From: Octopus bimaculoides
Taxonomy: Eukaryota
Direction: 5' to 3'
Assembly: GCF_001194135.2 (NCBI RefSeq)
Contig: NC_068984.1
Span: forward strand, 53,467,886 to 53,531,885
Length of the DNA: 64,000 nt
Shown here: positions 63,066-64,000 of the stretch, in pieces
Layout of the letters: every line of letters begins with the position of its first letter
How positions within the stretch are numbered: position 1 is the first letter of the stretch
Notes under the pieces: generated by a model
The model's input: the letters and a program-made list of their open reading frames with translations, nothing else
Database searches by the model: none
What the model was told of the DNA's origin: nothing
Position numbers and translations under genes: made by a program

Positions 63066-64000
63066 GTGGAGAAAACATATACGTTTATGGAAGAGAATAA
63101 CCTCTTTCCCACTGAACAAAAAGGATGCAGACGAGGCCCATACGGATGCAAAGATCAGCTCTTAATTAATCGCATGATCCTTGAGAACTGCCATAACAAG
63201 CGCATAAATCTCAGCTCTTCATGGATTGATTATAAAAAAGCCTTTGACAGCATACCACANNNNNNNNNNACGAAGCTGCAATTATATCATTCTAATGGAG
63301 TATTGCACTCAAACAATATTAGCATAAACTGTGGCATTTTCCATGGTGACTCGCTTTCACCACTTATTTTCTGCATAGCACTAATACCACTCTCAAGTGA
63401 ACTGAATAGAACAGGGTATGGCTACAAAATTGACAACAGGAAAATAAGCCATCTATTTTATATGGATGATTTAAAGGACTATTACATACTGTTAAAGGAT
63501 TCAGTGATGATATCGGGATGGAGTTTAGCCTTGAAAAGTGTGCCAAAGCCACTTTTAAGAAAGGGAAACTGGTAAAGTCAAGTTCAATAGAATTAGATGT
63601 CGAAACAGTAATAAAAGAACTTGAGCAGGAACAAACCTATAAATACCTAGGAATAAATGAAGGCTCTGGTATCCAACATGCAAGCATGAAAGAGAAGGTT
63701 AGGAAGGAATGTTATAGAAGAGTTCGAGCAGTTCTGAAGTCTGAGCTGAATGCATATAAGGTGTTAGCCATAAATTCCTTAACAGTCCCAGTTGTTCTTT
63801 ATAGTTTCAATGTGTTTAATTGGAATACCAATGAAATAGTCAAAAGTGATAGAAAAATCCGCAAGCTACTGACTTGTAATAAGATGCGCCATCCAAAGGC
63901 AGACGTGGATCGTCTTTACCTTCCCAGAGCTCAGGGAGGTCGAGGCTTGATCCAGCTTGAACTTACGTACAAAACCACTACAATCGGACTGGCCAAATAC
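63066..64000 (+). mobile_element. R4/Dong-clade non-LTR retrotransposon RT, 5'-truncated, runs off the window end
   Basis: EQKGCRRGPYGCKDQLLIN, WIDYKKAFDSIP, GIFHGDSLSPLIFCIAL, ISHLFYMDDLK, then a frameshift into FSDDIGMEFSLEKCAK, YKYLG, DVDRLYLPRAQGGRGL. It sits directly after (AAT)n at 63010-63056. Confidence 0.92.

Overview
AT-rich, microsatellite-dense animal genomic DNA from a gapped draft assembly (11 N-runs). The repeat families and the (CA)n/(ATAC)n load look like an octopus/coleoid genome; this is recognition from memory, not a database result. No convincing host protein-coding gene was found: most listed ORFs are microsatellite or N artefacts or transposon relics, and there is one weak candidate exon at 55893-55981. 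The window is a layered transposon graveyard. It holds at least four tRNA-headed SINE families (called A, B, C and H here), fragments of RTE, CR1, R4/Dong and Penelope retroelements, mariner and Tc1 transposase relics, two non-autonomous Helitrons, a hAT-type MITE seen at two filled sites and one empty site, and a cluster of three fold-back elements at 12.6-13.9 kb. The most notable object is SINE-H at about 62498-62865 (minus strand). It joins a tRNA-like Pol III head to a minimal, dimer-type hammerhead ribozyme of the kind found in Penelope-like elements and ends in a 9-bp tandem tail. Repeat boundaries were read by eye and are approximate unless a target-site duplication (TSD) is given.
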